Shown here: one piece after another, positions 1-8,742 of the stretch | Layout of the letters: every line of letters starts with the position of its first letter | Numbering within the stretch: position 1 is the first letter of the stretch | Assembly (NCBI GenBank): GCA_934749845.1 | Contig: CAKVHQ010000004.1 | Span: 22,667-86,666 of the forward strand | Length of the DNA: 64,000 bases | Source of the DNA: an uncultured Clostridia bacterium | GTDB taxonomy: Bacteria; Bacillota; Clostridia; Christensenellales; UBA1242 | Direction of reading: 5' to 3' | The notes under the pieces: model-generated | Seen by the model: only the letters and a program-made list of their open reading frames with translations | Database searches by the model: none | What the model was told of the DNA's origin: nothing | Made by a program: the position numbers and the translations under genes

Positions 1-1
1 T

Positions 2-757
2 GGAGTTGTGAAAGGCAGTTTGGCTCAAAGGCAACTTTCTCTTTGGGTTGGAGAATTGGTTGATAAAAAAATTGCCAAAAATAAATGCTCAATCGATATG
101 CTCCACGCAAGAGATTCTTCTTGCTTTGATGGATTGGCAGAATTTTTAAACAAAGAACTTGCTGATGTTGGAGTTAAGATAACGCAGGTGCAAGTTACTA
201 ACACAATTTTGCCAAAAAATGTTTACAAAAAAACAAAACTTGTTTATGAAGATGTTGAACAGCCTTCGCAAAACTTAAATATTGAACATGTAGAGCCAGA
301 AAAACTTCAAAGTCAAACATTAAGTTTAGAACAGTCGCAAAATGAAGAGATAAACTTTAACTTCAATCAAGACATTAAGCAAATTGAAGGCAGTGTTGAC
401 GAATTTGAAGTTGAAGAAGGTCAGGCGGACAAGCAGTTTAATAGTCAAGACCAAACTAAAGACAATAGTCATGGCGGGTCTTTTATGACTGACCTAAACG
501 ATATGGAACAGATTGAAGCAAACGCTCAACAAGAGCCACAAGCGGAAGATGATATTCCCGAGTCAAACGAGAGTTTGGAAGAAATGCAAACAAAAATTGC
601 ATACAAAAAATGCAAAAATTGTGGTGCGATAAATTCAAAACAAGCAAAAGTATGTTTTGAGTGTAAAACCCCATTTTTAAAGGTTTGCCAAAAGTGTGGC
701 TATCACATCGAAAACGGCGATTTTGTTTGTCCAAAATGTAAATCTATAGTAATTTAA
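2..757 (+). CDS. C-terminal part of an SPFH/band-7-like protein with a double C-terminal zinc ribbon (COG4260/YdjI-like architecture); the 5' end lies outside the window
   Basis: The frame is open back to position 2, and GTG at 8 is only the first in-window start. The C-terminus carries CKNC..CFEC and CQKC..CPKC pairs. The linker is long and rich in Q/E/D. The family call is from memory of the architecture only. Confidence 0.5.
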   Translation, partial: GVVKGSLAQRQLSLWVGELVDKKIAKNKCSIDMLHARDSSCFDGLAEFLNKELADVGVKITQVQVTNTILPKNVYKKTKLVYEDVEQPSQNLNIEHVEPEKLQSQTLSLEQSQNEEINFNFNQDIKQIEGSVDEFEVEEGQADKQFNSQDQTKDNSHGGSFMTDLNDMEQIEANAQQEPQAEDDIPESNESLEEMQTKIAYKKCKNCGAINSKQAKVCFECKTPFLKVCQKCGYHIENGDFVCPKCKSIVI

Positions 758-771
758 AAAGGAGAAAATAT

Positions 772-972
772 ATGAAAAAGAAAGTTGAAATAACAAAAGA
801 AATGACACTTGGAGAAGTGCTAAACTATAGAGAAGATGCTGCTCCAATTTTAATGGGTTTTGGAATGCACTGCTTTATGTGCCCAACCGCTCAACATGAA
901 ACTTTGGAAGAAGCTGCAATGGTTCATGGTATCGAACTTGATGTGCTTTTGAAAAAATTAAACGAAAGATAA
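772..972 (+). CDS. DUF1858 / hybrid-cluster-protein-associated redox disulfide domain protein (66 aa)
   Basis: The product has the motif GFGMHCFMCPTAQHETLEEAAMVHGIELD, typical of this small family. A GGAGA Shine-Dalgarno (SD) lies 7 nt upstream. Confidence 0.7.
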   Translation: MKKKVEITKEMTLGEVLNYREDAAPILMGFGMHCFMCPTAQHETLEEAAMVHGIELDVLLKKLNER

Positions 973-1001
973 TAAAAAAAAGAGCCAAATGGCTCTTTTT
1001 A
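973..1001. terminator. Bidirectional intrinsic terminator between convergent genes
   Basis: Stem AGAGCC (981-986) pairs with GGCTCT (991-996) around an AAAT loop. An A-run and a T-run flank the stem. Confidence 0.75.
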
Positions 1002-1760
1002 ATTTTCAAGTTCTAAATTTTCTGTTTCGTTTTCAAGCGAAAATTTGTTTGAATAGAACACAACTGTTTGTGGGTGGTAAGTTGTGGCTATGGTTTTATC
1101 CCCGTAAACATAATCTATCAACTCTTTATCTCTAGCGGTAAATTCTAGCGTATTTGGGTCAATTACATGATACATTATACTCTTGCCAACTTCGTTTTCG
1201 TCATATAAATCTCTTAATCCCAAAGTGTGAAGTAGTTCGTGCTTAACAACTGTTTTGATTATAGGTTTTGGGTCGTTTTCATCATAGTAGGCATCAACAT
1301 ATTTTTCGTTTAACTCAATGGATATTGGGTATTGAATTTCTGCTTTTTGCTTGCTGTAATTGTAATGAGTTACACCTAAAGTTCTATTTTCTAGTTCTTT
1401 TGATATAGAAATGGATATTCTATTTAAAGGGGTGTAAGCGTTTTCGTAAACAACATAGTCTAGATTAGGACAAATATCAGTTAAATCATTTATGCCTGCA
1501 ACAATTTGCTTTTTCGTATCTAAATCAATATTTTGCATAACAATAGCGATTGGGTCACTGATATCCAATCTTAAAGGTCTGCCATTTTCGGCGTTTCTGT
1601 TAAAGTAATCTAAATATTCTCCAAATCTTGCTTTGTCGCCTCTCGTTACTGTTTCGGATTGCTTCTCAACTAAATGTGCTAAAAGCGGTGGGGCAATAAC
1701 CAATCCGCCAACAGAAAGCATTAGTGTTATTTGAAGTTTATAAGTATTTCTCATTTTCAT
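999..1760 (-). CDS. Secreted zinc metalloprotease, metzincin-like with an HExxHxxGxxD motif (snapalysin/M7-like signature)
   Basis: The product has HELLHTLGLRDLY followed by SIMYH, a possible Met-turn. The N-terminus is a hydrophobic signal-like segment. The start is moved to ATG 1760 because GTG at 1769 lies inside the AGGTG SD. Confidence 0.6.
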   Translation of the reverse strand: MKMRNTYKLQITLMLSVGGLVIAPPLLAHLVEKQSETVTRGDKARFGEYLDYFNRNAENGRPLRLDISDPIAIVMQNIDLDTKKQIVAGINDLTDICPNLDYVVYENAYTPLNRISISISKELENRTLGVTHYNYSKQKAEIQYPISIELNEKYVDAYYDENDPKPIIKTVVKHELLHTLGLRDLYDENEVGKSIMYHVIDPNTLEFTARDKELIDYVYGDKTIATTYHPQTVVFYSNKFSLENETENLELEN

Positions 1761-1898
1761 TTTTTTCACCTAATAAATAATAGCATTTTAGAACTAAAAA
1801 AGTCAATATTATCTTATTTTTTATTATCTTATATAAATATATTAAAAGCATAATATCATTAAATATAAATGTTTGCTTTTAACGATAAAAATTGAGTA

Positions 1899-1927
1899 TT
1901 GACACTGGCTGTTTTGAATGTTATAAT
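1899..1927 (+). promoter_or_regulatory. Consensus sigma-A-type promoter (TTGACA-17-TATAAT)
   Basis: TTGACA lies at 1899-1904 and TATAAT at 1922-1927, with a 17-nt spacer. The TTG start listed in the ORF track is actually the -35 box. Confidence 0.65.
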
Positions 1928-1946
1928 AAGCCAAAAGGTGATAGAT

Positions 1947-2474
1947 ATGGGAGAAAATCAACAAAATTTATATGCACTTGCAAATAAAATAGTAAGCGAC
2001 TTGCAAAAGGTGCTAATTGAAATTGAAACTGTAAGACTTTACTATTTAATTAAAGAAAATGTTAGATTTCAATTTGATGACGAGAAGGGCAGAATAGTTG
2101 TTGGAGTAAATAAAACTCAATTAACGCCAAGTGAATTTAGAGAGCTTATTGCAAGACTAGCCAGAATAAAAAAGGTTTGCAAAGGCTTTAATAATCTATT
2201 GTATGTTTTTCAAAATCAGTTAAGTAAGTCATCTAGCTATGAAAGAGAAAGTACATTAAAAGAACTTACGAATTCGTTAGACACTTTTATGTCTTACAAA
2301 AGAAAAACTATTGTTAATGCATTAAGAACACATGGCAAATATATTGACGAAAATTTTGATATTGATAGTTTGGAGTCTAATGTGGTTACAACTAAAACCA
2401 GCTTGCTTATCTTAAGAGATATTCAAAATTATTATCACAAACAACTTGAAAACATCGACACTAACTTGTTTTAA
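1947..2474 (+). CDS. Hypothetical protein, 175 aa, predicted helical or coiled-coil; monocistronic
   Basis: ATG 1947 is preceded by AAAGGTGA. The gene has its own promoter and terminator. I recognise no motif. Confidence 0.55.
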   Translation: MGENQQNLYALANKIVSDLQKVLIEIETVRLYYLIKENVRFQFDDEKGRIVVGVNKTQLTPSEFRELIARLARIKKVCKGFNNLLYVFQNQLSKSSSYERESTLKELTNSLDTFMSYKRKTIVNALRTHGKYIDENFDIDSLESNVVTTKTSLLILRDIQNYYHKQLENIDTNLF

Positions 2475-2501
2475 ATCCTTATTTTTTTAAGGATTTTTTT
2501 G
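2474..2501 (+). terminator. Intrinsic terminator
   Basis: AATCCTTA (2474-2481) pairs with TAAGGATT (2488-2495), followed by a T-run. Confidence 0.75.
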
Positions 2502-2546
2502 TTTTATTTTTCCAAAAAAATATTTTAAAAAACTTTCAAAAATCTA

Positions 2547-2575
2547 TTGACTTAATTGCCTTTATATACTAAAAT
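2547..2575 (+). promoter_or_regulatory. Sigma-A-type promoter of the S10 operon (TTGACT-17-TAAAAT)
   Basis: TTGACT lies at 2547-2552 and TAAAAT at 2570-2575, with a 17-nt spacer. Confidence 0.6.
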
Positions 2576-2582
2576 AGTGATT

Positions 2583-2785
2583 GCTATGGACTATGGGTTG
2601 ACGCTAAAAGTTACTACATGTGCAGTCATTATGGCATGTGGAGAGAATTTTGGCTGACAAGTTCGACAGCCAGTCGAACGATTAAACAAGACACATTTGT
2701 TCCGCTTTTTTTAAGTTCGTAGTCATGAAACACACGGGGCAGTGTAAATATAATTATCTTGTTTAAAAAAAATAATGGAGGAAAA
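2583..2785 (+). promoter_or_regulatory. Long (~200 nt) structured 5' leader of the S10 operon
   Basis: Two mutually exclusive hairpins are visible: TGGCTG (2651-56)/CAGCCA (2667-72) and GTTCGAC (2661-67)/GTCGAAC (2673-79). A U-run lies at 2706-2712. No ORF is present. Confidence 0.45.
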
Positions 2786-3094
2786 ATGGCAACACAAAAA
2801 ATTAGAATTAAACTCAAAGCTTTCGATCATACATTGATTGACCAAGCATCAGCAAGAATAATTCATACTGCTGAAAAATTGGGTTGCACAATTAGTGGCC
2901 CAATACCACTTCCAACAGACAAGGAAGTTGTAACCGTAATTCGTTCACCACACAAACATAAAGATAGCCGTGAACAATTCGAAATTAGAACACACAAAAG
3001 GATTATTGATGTTTATAGCCCATCAGCAAAAGCAGTTGACGGTCTTATGAAACTTGACCTACCAGCAGGCGTAGATATCAATATCAAACTATAA
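2786..3094 (+). CDS. rpsJ: 30S ribosomal protein S10
   Basis: The 102-aa product starts [23 protein letters not shown] precedes ATG 2786, so the ORF-track start at 2759 lies upstream of the SD. Confidence 0.97.
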   Translation: MATQKIRIKLKAFDHTLIDQASARIIHTAEKLGCTISGPIPLPTDKEVVTVIRSPHKHKDSREQFEIRTHKRIIDVYSPSAKAVDGLMKLDLPAGVDINIKL

Positions 3095-3108
3095 GGTGGT
3101 GAAAGACA

Positions 3109-3744
3109 ATGAAAAAACAATTTTTAGGAAAGAAACTTGGAATGACTCAAATCTTTGCAGATAACGGTCTTGTTGTTCCAGTAACAGTTGTTGAAGCAGG
3201 TCCACTCTCAGTTATCCAAAAGAAAACAGTTGAAAAAGACGGATATGATGCACTTAAAGTAGCATTCATGGAAACAAGAGAAAACTTACTTAACAAAGCA
3301 GAACTTGGAGAATTCAAAAAAGCAAATGTAACTCCAAAGAAACATGTTGCAGAAATTAAAATCGACGACATGGACAAATACGAAGTTGGCGCAGAAATCA
3401 AATGTGACTTGTTTAGTGAAGGAGACATGGTAGATGTTTCTGGTAACACAAGAGGTCGTGGATTTACTGGTGTTATCCAAAGATGGAACCATGGAAGACT
3501 TAGAATGACTCACGGTGTTTCATTAACACATAGATCAGTTGGTTCAACAGGTGCTAACTCACACGTATCAAGAGTTTTAAAAGGCAAAAAGATGCCAGGA
3601 CATTATGGTAACGAAAAAGTTACAATCCAAAATCTTCAAATAGTAAAAGTCGATGCAGATCGTAATGTATTATTGATTAAAGGTGCTATCCCTGGCGCTA
3701 CAGGTGCAATCGTAACAATCAAGAGTGCAGTAAAAGCAAAATAG
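3109..3744 (+). CDS. rplC: 50S ribosomal protein L3
   Basis: The 211-aa product contains KLGMTQIF and sits at the conserved operon position. Confidence 0.97.
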   Translation: MKKQFLGKKLGMTQIFADNGLVVPVTVVEAGPLSVIQKKTVEKDGYDALKVAFMETRENLLNKAELGEFKKANVTPKKHVAEIKIDDMDKYEVGAEIKCDLFSEGDMVDVSGNTRGRGFTGVIQRWNHGRLRMTHGVSLTHRSVGSTGANSHVSRVLKGKKMPGHYGNEKVTIQNLQIVKVDADRNVLLIKGAIPGATGAIVTIKSAVKAK

Positions 3745-3765
3745 GATAAAAGGAGTTAAAGAAAT

Positions 3766-4392
3766 ATGCCAAAAGTTAAAGTTTATAATTTGAAAGCAGA
3801 AGAAGTTGGAACAATGACTTTAAAAGAAGATGTTTTCGGTGCAGATTATAATGAAGCATTGATTCACGAAGTTGTTGTTGCATATCTTGCAAATCAAAGA
3901 CAAGGCAACAAAAGCACCTTAACTCGTAGCGAAGTTAGAGGACATGCCAAAAAACCTTGGGCTCAAAAACATACTGGTCGTGCTCGTCATGGCGACACAA
4001 AAGGCCCACAATTCACAGGCGGTGGTGTTGTATTTGCACCAAAACCAAGAGACTTTTCAAAGAAAGTTAATAAATCAGCAAAAAGATCAGCATTTATCAG
4101 TGCTATCAGCACAAAAGTTGCAGACAAACAATTTAAAGTTGTTGATAAATTTGCTCTTGAACAAGCAAAAACAAAACTTGCTCAAAATGTAATGGACAGT
4201 TTCGCATTCAAAGGCAAAACATTGTTCATAACATGCAATGCAGATGAAAATTTGCTTAGAGCAACAGCAAACATTCCTAACTTGGAAGTTGTTGATGCCA
4301 AACTTGTTAACACATATCAACTTGTTGCAAACAAAAATGTTTTAGCAAGCAAGGAAGCAGTAAAACAAATCGAGGAGGCTTATAGAGAATAA
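3766..4392 (+). CDS. rplD: 50S ribosomal protein L4
   Basis: The 208-aa product sits at the conserved position and has a typical L4 sequence (QGNKSTLTRSEVRG). Confidence 0.96.
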   Translation: MPKVKVYNLKAEEVGTMTLKEDVFGADYNEALIHEVVVAYLANQRQGNKSTLTRSEVRGHAKKPWAQKHTGRARHGDTKGPQFTGGGVVFAPKPRDFSKKVNKSAKRSAFISAISTKVADKQFKVVDKFALEQAKTKLAQNVMDSFAFKGKTLFITCNADENLLRATANIPNLEVVDAKLVNTYQLVANKNVLASKEAVKQIEEAYRE

Positions 4393-4688
4393 TGAGAGAT
4401 TATGATATTATTATTAAGCCAATTTTAACAGAAAAAAGTTATGCAGACATTGCTAACAAAAAATATACTTTCATGGTTGCAAAAGATGCAAACAAAGCAG
4501 AAATCAAAAAAGCAATCGAAAATATATTCAATGTTAAAGTTTCAAAAGTAAACACCTTGAATGTTCAAGGAAAATTAAAATCACAAGATAGAGGAAGAAC
4601 CTCAGGCTACACTGCAAGTTACAAAAAAGCATTCGTAACATTAACAGCAGACAGCAAATCTATCGAGTTCTTCGACAGTCTATCATAA
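4392..4688 (+). CDS. rplW: 50S ribosomal protein L23
   Basis: The product is 98 aa. A TAATG overlap joins it to rplD. The gene order is conserved. Confidence 0.95.
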   Translation: MRDYDIIIKPILTEKSYADIANKKYTFMVAKDANKAEIKKAIENIFNVKVSKVNTLNVQGKLKSQDRGRTSGYTASYKKAFVTLTADSKSIEFFDSLS

Positions 4689-4700
4689 TAGGAGGAAATC

Positions 4701-5525
4701 ATGGCTTTAAAAACAAATAGACCAACCACTCCTTCAATGAGACATTTAAGCACTTTGGATTATTCTAACCTTTCAAAAAAGGCTCCTGAAAAAAGTTTGC
4801 TAACAAGTCTTAAAAAGACAGGTGGAAGAAATTCCTATGGTAGAATTACAGTTCGTCACATAGGTGGTGGAAACAGAAGAAAATACAGAATTGTTGATTT
4901 CAAGAGAAATAAAGATGATATTCCAGCAAAAGTTGTTAGTTTGGAATATGACCCAAATAGATCAGCAAATATTGCACTCCTTCAATATGCAGACGGTGAA
5001 AAGAGATACATTTTAGCACCAAATGGCTTGAATGTTGGCGACACCGTTATCAGCGGACAAAATGTTGAAGTTAAAGTTGGAAACGCAATGCCACTTGACA
5101 GTATGCCAGTAGGTATCGTTATCCACAATGTTGAATTGGAACCAGGAAAGGGCGGAGCAATCGGCAGAAGTGCTGGTAACGAAGTTCGTTTAATGGCAAA
5201 AGAAAATGGCAGAGCAACTTTAAGACTTCCTTCAGGCGAAATGAGAACAGTAGTTCTTGCTTGCCGTGCAACAGTTGGACAAGTTGGAAATCTCGACCAT
5301 GAAATTGTAAATATTGGTAAAGCAGGAAGAATGCGCCATATGGGAGTTAGACCTCATGTTCGTGGTGCAGTTATGAACCCTGTTGATCACCCACACGGTG
5401 GTGGTGAAGGTAAAAACCCAGTTGGACATTCCGCACCTATGACACCTTGGGGTAAGAAAGCAGTTGGTAAAACAAGAAACAAGAAAAAGAATTCTTCCAA
5501 ATTTATTATAAAGAGAGTAAACTAG
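4701..5525 (+). CDS. rplB: 50S ribosomal protein L2
   Basis: The 274-aa product contains [13 protein letters not shown]. Confidence 0.98.
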   Translation: MALKTNRPTTPSMRHLSTLDYSNLSKKAPEKSLLTSLKKTGGRNSYGRITVRHIGGGNRRKYRIVDFKRNKDDIPAKVVSLEYDPNRSANIALLQYADGEKRYILAPNGLNVGDTVISGQNVEVKVGNAMPLDSMPVGIVIHNVELEPGKGGAIGRSAGNEVRLMAKENGRATLRLPSGEMRTVVLACRATVGQVGNLDHEIVNIGKAGRMRHMGVRPHVRGAVMNPVDHPHGGGEGKNPVGHSAPMTPWGKKAVGKTRNKKKNSSKFIIKRVN

Positions 5526-5536
5526 GAGAGTGAAAC

Positions 5537-5821
5537 ATGAGTAGATCATTAAAAAAGAAACCTTACATTGAAGAAAGGTTAAAAAACAGAGTTTTAAAAA
5601 TGAATGAATCCGGCGACAAGAAAGTTATCAAAACCTGGAGCAGAAGTTCCACAATCTATCCCGAATTCGTAGGTCACACAATCGCTGTCTATAATGGTAA
5701 GAAACACATTCCTGTTTACTGCACAGTAGATATGGTTGGACATAAACTTGGAGAATTTGCTCCAACAAGAACATTTAAAGGTCATACTGCAAGCGAAAAG
5801 ACTGCAGTGGCTAAGAAATAG
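5537..5821 (+). CDS. rpsS: 30S ribosomal protein S19
   Basis: The 94-aa product contains [16 protein letters not shown]. Confidence 0.97.
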   Translation: MSRSLKKKPYIEERLKNRVLKMNESGDKKVIKTWSRSSTIYPEFVGHTIAVYNGKKHIPVYCTVDMVGHKLGEFAPTRTFKGHTASEKTAVAKK

Positions 5822-5832
5822 TGAGGTAGGAT

Positions 5833-6225
5833 ATGGCAAAAAGAATGAGAGAAAAAACAGCAAAAATTGCTGAAACAAAAGATAAACGCCCTCGTGCTAC
5901 TGCTAGTTATGTTCGTATGGCTTCACAAAAAGCAGGAAAAATCTTGGACTTGGTTAGAGGCAAGAAATACATGGAAGCAGTTGCTATTTTGGAAAACACT
6001 CCACACTATGCTGCACCTGTAATTTTAAAGGTTTTAAATTCAGCAGCAGCCAATGCAGAAAATAACCTATCAATGAACAAAGAAGATTTGTTTGTTGCAG
6101 AGTGTTATGCTAACGAAGGACCACTTATGAAGAGAATGATGCCAAGAGCAAAAGGCAGAGGCGACAGAATTTTAAAAAGAACAGCACACATCACAGTAGT
6201 TTTAGATACTGTTAAGCAAAATTAA
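5833..6225 (+). CDS. rplV: 50S ribosomal protein L22 (with a ~18-aa N-terminal basic extension)
   Basis: The product is 130 aa. The L22 core starts near ASYVRMASQKAGKILDLVRGK. The position is conserved. Confidence 0.95.
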   Translation: MAKRMREKTAKIAETKDKRPRATASYVRMASQKAGKILDLVRGKKYMEAVAILENTPHYAAPVILKVLNSAAANAENNLSMNKEDLFVAECYANEGPLMKRMMPRAKGRGDRILKRTAHITVVLDTVKQN

Positions 6226-6239
6226 GGAGTGAATGAATA

Positions 6240-6914
6240 ATGGGACAAAAAGTTAATCCAAATGGATTTAGAATTGGTGTTAATAAAGATTGGTCTTCAA
6301 CATGGTATGCAGACAAAAGAACATTTTCTAAATACATTTTAGAAGACAAGAAAATCCGTAATTACATTAACAAACAATATGGTCAATGCGGAATTTCAAA
6401 AGTAGTTATTGATAGAACTGAAAACAGGCTTACTGTTAACATTTTCGCTTCACGCCCTGGTATGCTTATTGGTGTTAAAGGCGCTGAAATCGAAGTTATC
6501 AAAAAAGCACTTTCAAAACTTTCAGATAGCAAAAATATTACATTAAATATCAAGGAAGTTAAAAGACCTGATATTGACGCAACTTTAATTGCACAATCAA
6601 TCGCACAACAACTTGAAAAGAGAGTTGCATGGAAGAGAGCAGCAAAACAAGCAGTTCAAAAAACCATGAAAGCAGGTGCTAAAGGTGTTAAAATTATGGT
6701 TAGCGGAAGACTTGGTGGTGCAGATATTGCTAAATCAGAGCATTACCTAGAAGGTAGTTTGCCACTTCAAACTTTAAGAGCAGATATTGATTATGGATTT
6801 GCAGAAGCACTTACAACATTCGGTATCATCGGTGTTAAAGTTTGGGTTTACAACGGCGAAATTATCGGCAAAAAAGCTCCAAAAGAGGAGGTAAATCAAG
6901 ATGTTAATGCCTAA
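6240..6914 (+). CDS. rpsC: 30S ribosomal protein S3
   Basis: The 224-aa product starts [13 protein letters not shown]. Confidence 0.98.
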   Translation: MGQKVNPNGFRIGVNKDWSSTWYADKRTFSKYILEDKKIRNYINKQYGQCGISKVVIDRTENRLTVNIFASRPGMLIGVKGAEIEVIKKALSKLSDSKNITLNIKEVKRPDIDATLIAQSIAQQLEKRVAWKRAAKQAVQKTMKAGAKGVKIMVSGRLGGADIAKSEHYLEGSLPLQTLRADIDYGFAEALTTFGIIGVKVWVYNGEIIGKKAPKEEVNQDVNA

Positions 6915-7341
6915 AAGAGTTAAAAGAAGAAAACAAATGCGTGGAAGAATGACAGGTAAGGCAACCAGAGGTAACAAACTTGCTTATGGCGAATATGGCC
7001 TTGTTGCAACAGAACCTGCATGGATTAAATCCAACCAAATTGAAGCTGCTCGTATTGCGATGACAAGATTCATCAAGCGTGGTGGTAAAGTTTGGATTGA
7101 TATCTTCCCACACAAACCAATCACACAACAACCTGCAGGAACTCGTATGGGTGGCGGTAAAGGTTCAGTTGAATATTGGGTAGCAGTGGTAAAACCAGGC
7201 AGAGTTATGTTTGAAATGGCTGGTGTACCTGAAGATGTTGCTAGAGAAGCATTAAGACTTGCTTCAAACAAACTTCCTATTAAATGCAAATTTATTAAGA
7301 AAGAGCAACCAAAAGAAATTAAGGAAGGTGGTGCTGAATAA
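6901..7341 (+). CDS. rplP: 50S ribosomal protein L16
   Basis: The 146-aa product starts [11 protein letters not shown]. It overlaps the end of rpsC by 14 nt. Confidence 0.97.
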   Translation: MLMPKRVKRRKQMRGRMTGKATRGNKLAYGEYGLVATEPAWIKSNQIEAARIAMTRFIKRGGKVWIDIFPHKPITQQPAGTRMGGGKGSVEYWVAVVKPGRVMFEMAGVPEDVAREALRLASNKLPIKCKFIKKEQPKEIKEGGAE

Positions 7342-7544
7342 TGAAAACTGTAGATTTTAAAAACATGACCACAGCAGAATTAAATGAAAAATTGAAAGCA
7401 CTTAAAGTTGAACTTTTCAATCTTCGCTTCCAACATGCTACTGGTCAATTAACAAATCCAATGATGTTAAACACTACAAAAAAGGATATTGCCAAAGTTA
7501 AAACTATCTTGAAAGAGAGAGAACTTGCTGGCAAGAGAGCGTAA
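7341..7544 (+). CDS. rpmC: 50S ribosomal protein L29
   Basis: The 67-aa product contains [14 protein letters not shown]. Confidence 0.95.
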   Translation: MKTVDFKNMTTAELNEKLKALKVELFNLRFQHATGQLTNPMMLNTTKKDIAKVKTILKERELAGKRA

Positions 7545-7554
7545 GGAGGAATAA

Positions 7555-7815
7555 ATGATGGAAGAACGCAATGAAAGAAGAAAAAGAACAGGAATTGTTG
7601 TTTCAGACAAAATGGACAAAACAGTTACTGTTGCAGTAACAAGCAATGTTAAACACCCTCTTTACGGAAAAGTAGTTAAGAGAACAAAAAAATTCAAAGC
7701 TCATGATGAAAAGAATGAGTGCAATGTAGGCGATACAGTCGAAATCGTTGAAACAAGACATTTGTCAAAAGACAAATATCACAGAGTAAGCAGAATAGTT
7801 GAAAAGGCAAGATAA
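7555..7815 (+). CDS. rpsQ: 30S ribosomal protein S17
   Basis: The product is 86 aa. An AAGGAGG SD lies upstream. ATG 7558 is an equally possible start. Confidence 0.95.
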   Translation: MMEERNERRKRTGIVVSDKMDKTVTVAVTSNVKHPLYGKVVKRTKKFKAHDEKNECNVGDTVEIVETRHLSKDKYHRVSRIVEKAR

Positions 7816-7829
7816 GGAGATAAATCAAT

Positions 7830-8198
7830 ATGATACAACCACAAACAAGACTTAAAGTGGCTGATAACACAGGTGCAAAAGAAATTATGTGTATTAGACT
7901 ACTTGGTGGCTCTTTAAGAAAGAGTTCAAATATTGGTGATATTATTGTTGCCAGTGTAAAGAGTGCAATTCCTGGTGGAGTTGTAAAGAAAGGTGATGTT
8001 GTTAAAGCGGTTATCGTTAGAACAACAAAAGGTTTAAAAAGACCTGACGGCTCACACATTCGTTTCGACGATAATGCTGCCGTAATTATCGACAATAACA
8101 AAGAACCAAAAGGAACAAGAATTTTTGGACCAGTTGCGCGTGAACTTCGTGAAAAAGGTTACATGAAAATAGTATCTCTTGCTCCAGAAGTGCTATAG
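7830..8198 (+). CDS. rplN: 50S ribosomal protein L14
   Basis: The 122-aa product starts [17 protein letters not shown]. Confidence 0.98.
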   Translation: MIQPQTRLKVADNTGAKEIMCIRLLGGSLRKSSNIGDIIVASVKSAIPGGVVKKGDVVKAVIVRTTKGLKRPDGSHIRFDDNAAVIIDNNKEPKGTRIFGPVARELREKGYMKIVSLAPEVL

Positions 8199-8209
8199 GA
8201 GGCTAAAAG

Positions 8210-8722
8210 ATGAATAAATTATCAGTTAAAAGTGGTGATACAGTTTTAGTTATCAGTGGCAAAGATAATGGAAAAGTTGCTAAAGTTAAAGCAGTTAGTC
8301 CAAAATCAAACAAAGTTGTTGTTGAAGGCGTAAACATTGTTTCAAAACACAAAAAAGCAAGAAGCACACAAGAAAAATCACAAATCGTTAAGGCAGAAGG
8401 CCCTATCAGTGCAAGCAATGTTTTAGTAGTTTGTCCACACTGCTCAAAGGCAACAAGAGTTGCTCATAAAGAAGTTGAAGGAAAAATGGCTAGAGTTTGC
8501 AAGAAATGTGGAGAAGTTCTTGATGCTAAATATGTAAAACCAAAGAAAACAAAAAAAGCAGACGCAAAAGTTGAAGCAAAAAAGGCTGAAAAAGTAGAAA
8601 AAACTACTGAAAAGAAAGCCCCAGCAAAAAAGGCTACAACAAAAAAAGCACCTGCAAAAAAAGAAACAAAAACTGAAGATGCAAAAAAAACAACTACAAA
8701 AAAAGCATCTAAAAAGGCTTAA
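8210..8722 (+). CDS. rplX: 50S ribosomal protein L24, extended form (4-Cys knuckle plus a ~65-aa K/A/T-rich tail)
   Basis: The KOW core is [18 protein letters not shown]. The CPHC..CKKC pairs sit where the C-terminal beta-hairpin normally lies. The tail carries [17 protein letters not shown] repeats. The product is 170 aa, against ~103 aa as I remember typical L24. Confidence 0.9.
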   Translation: MNKLSVKSGDTVLVISGKDNGKVAKVKAVSPKSNKVVVEGVNIVSKHKKARSTQEKSQIVKAEGPISASNVLVVCPHCSKATRVAHKEVEGKMARVCKKCGEVLDAKYVKPKKTKKADAKVEAKKAEKVEKTTEKKAPAKKATTKKAPAKKETKTEDAKKTTTKKASKKA

Positions 8723-8742
8723 AGGGGAGGAATTATATAATA

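Noticed and set aside
1899-1946. A TTG start at 1899 for the hypothetical gene, and GTG 1769 for the protease.
   Set aside because: The TTG at 1899 is the -35 hexamer of a consensus promoter. The GTG at 1769 is part of the AGGTG Shine-Dalgarno. Downstream ATGs with proper spacing exist in both cases.
8540-8722. An A-rich repetitive stretch (AAAAAAGC…) at the end of rplX, considered as a possible slippage-prone region or frameshift artefact.
   Set aside because: The reading frame stays open, encodes a coherent KKAPAKK-type tail, and ends in a stop followed by the rplE SD. There is no evidence of a frameshift, but homopolymer runs make this worth confirming in raw reads.
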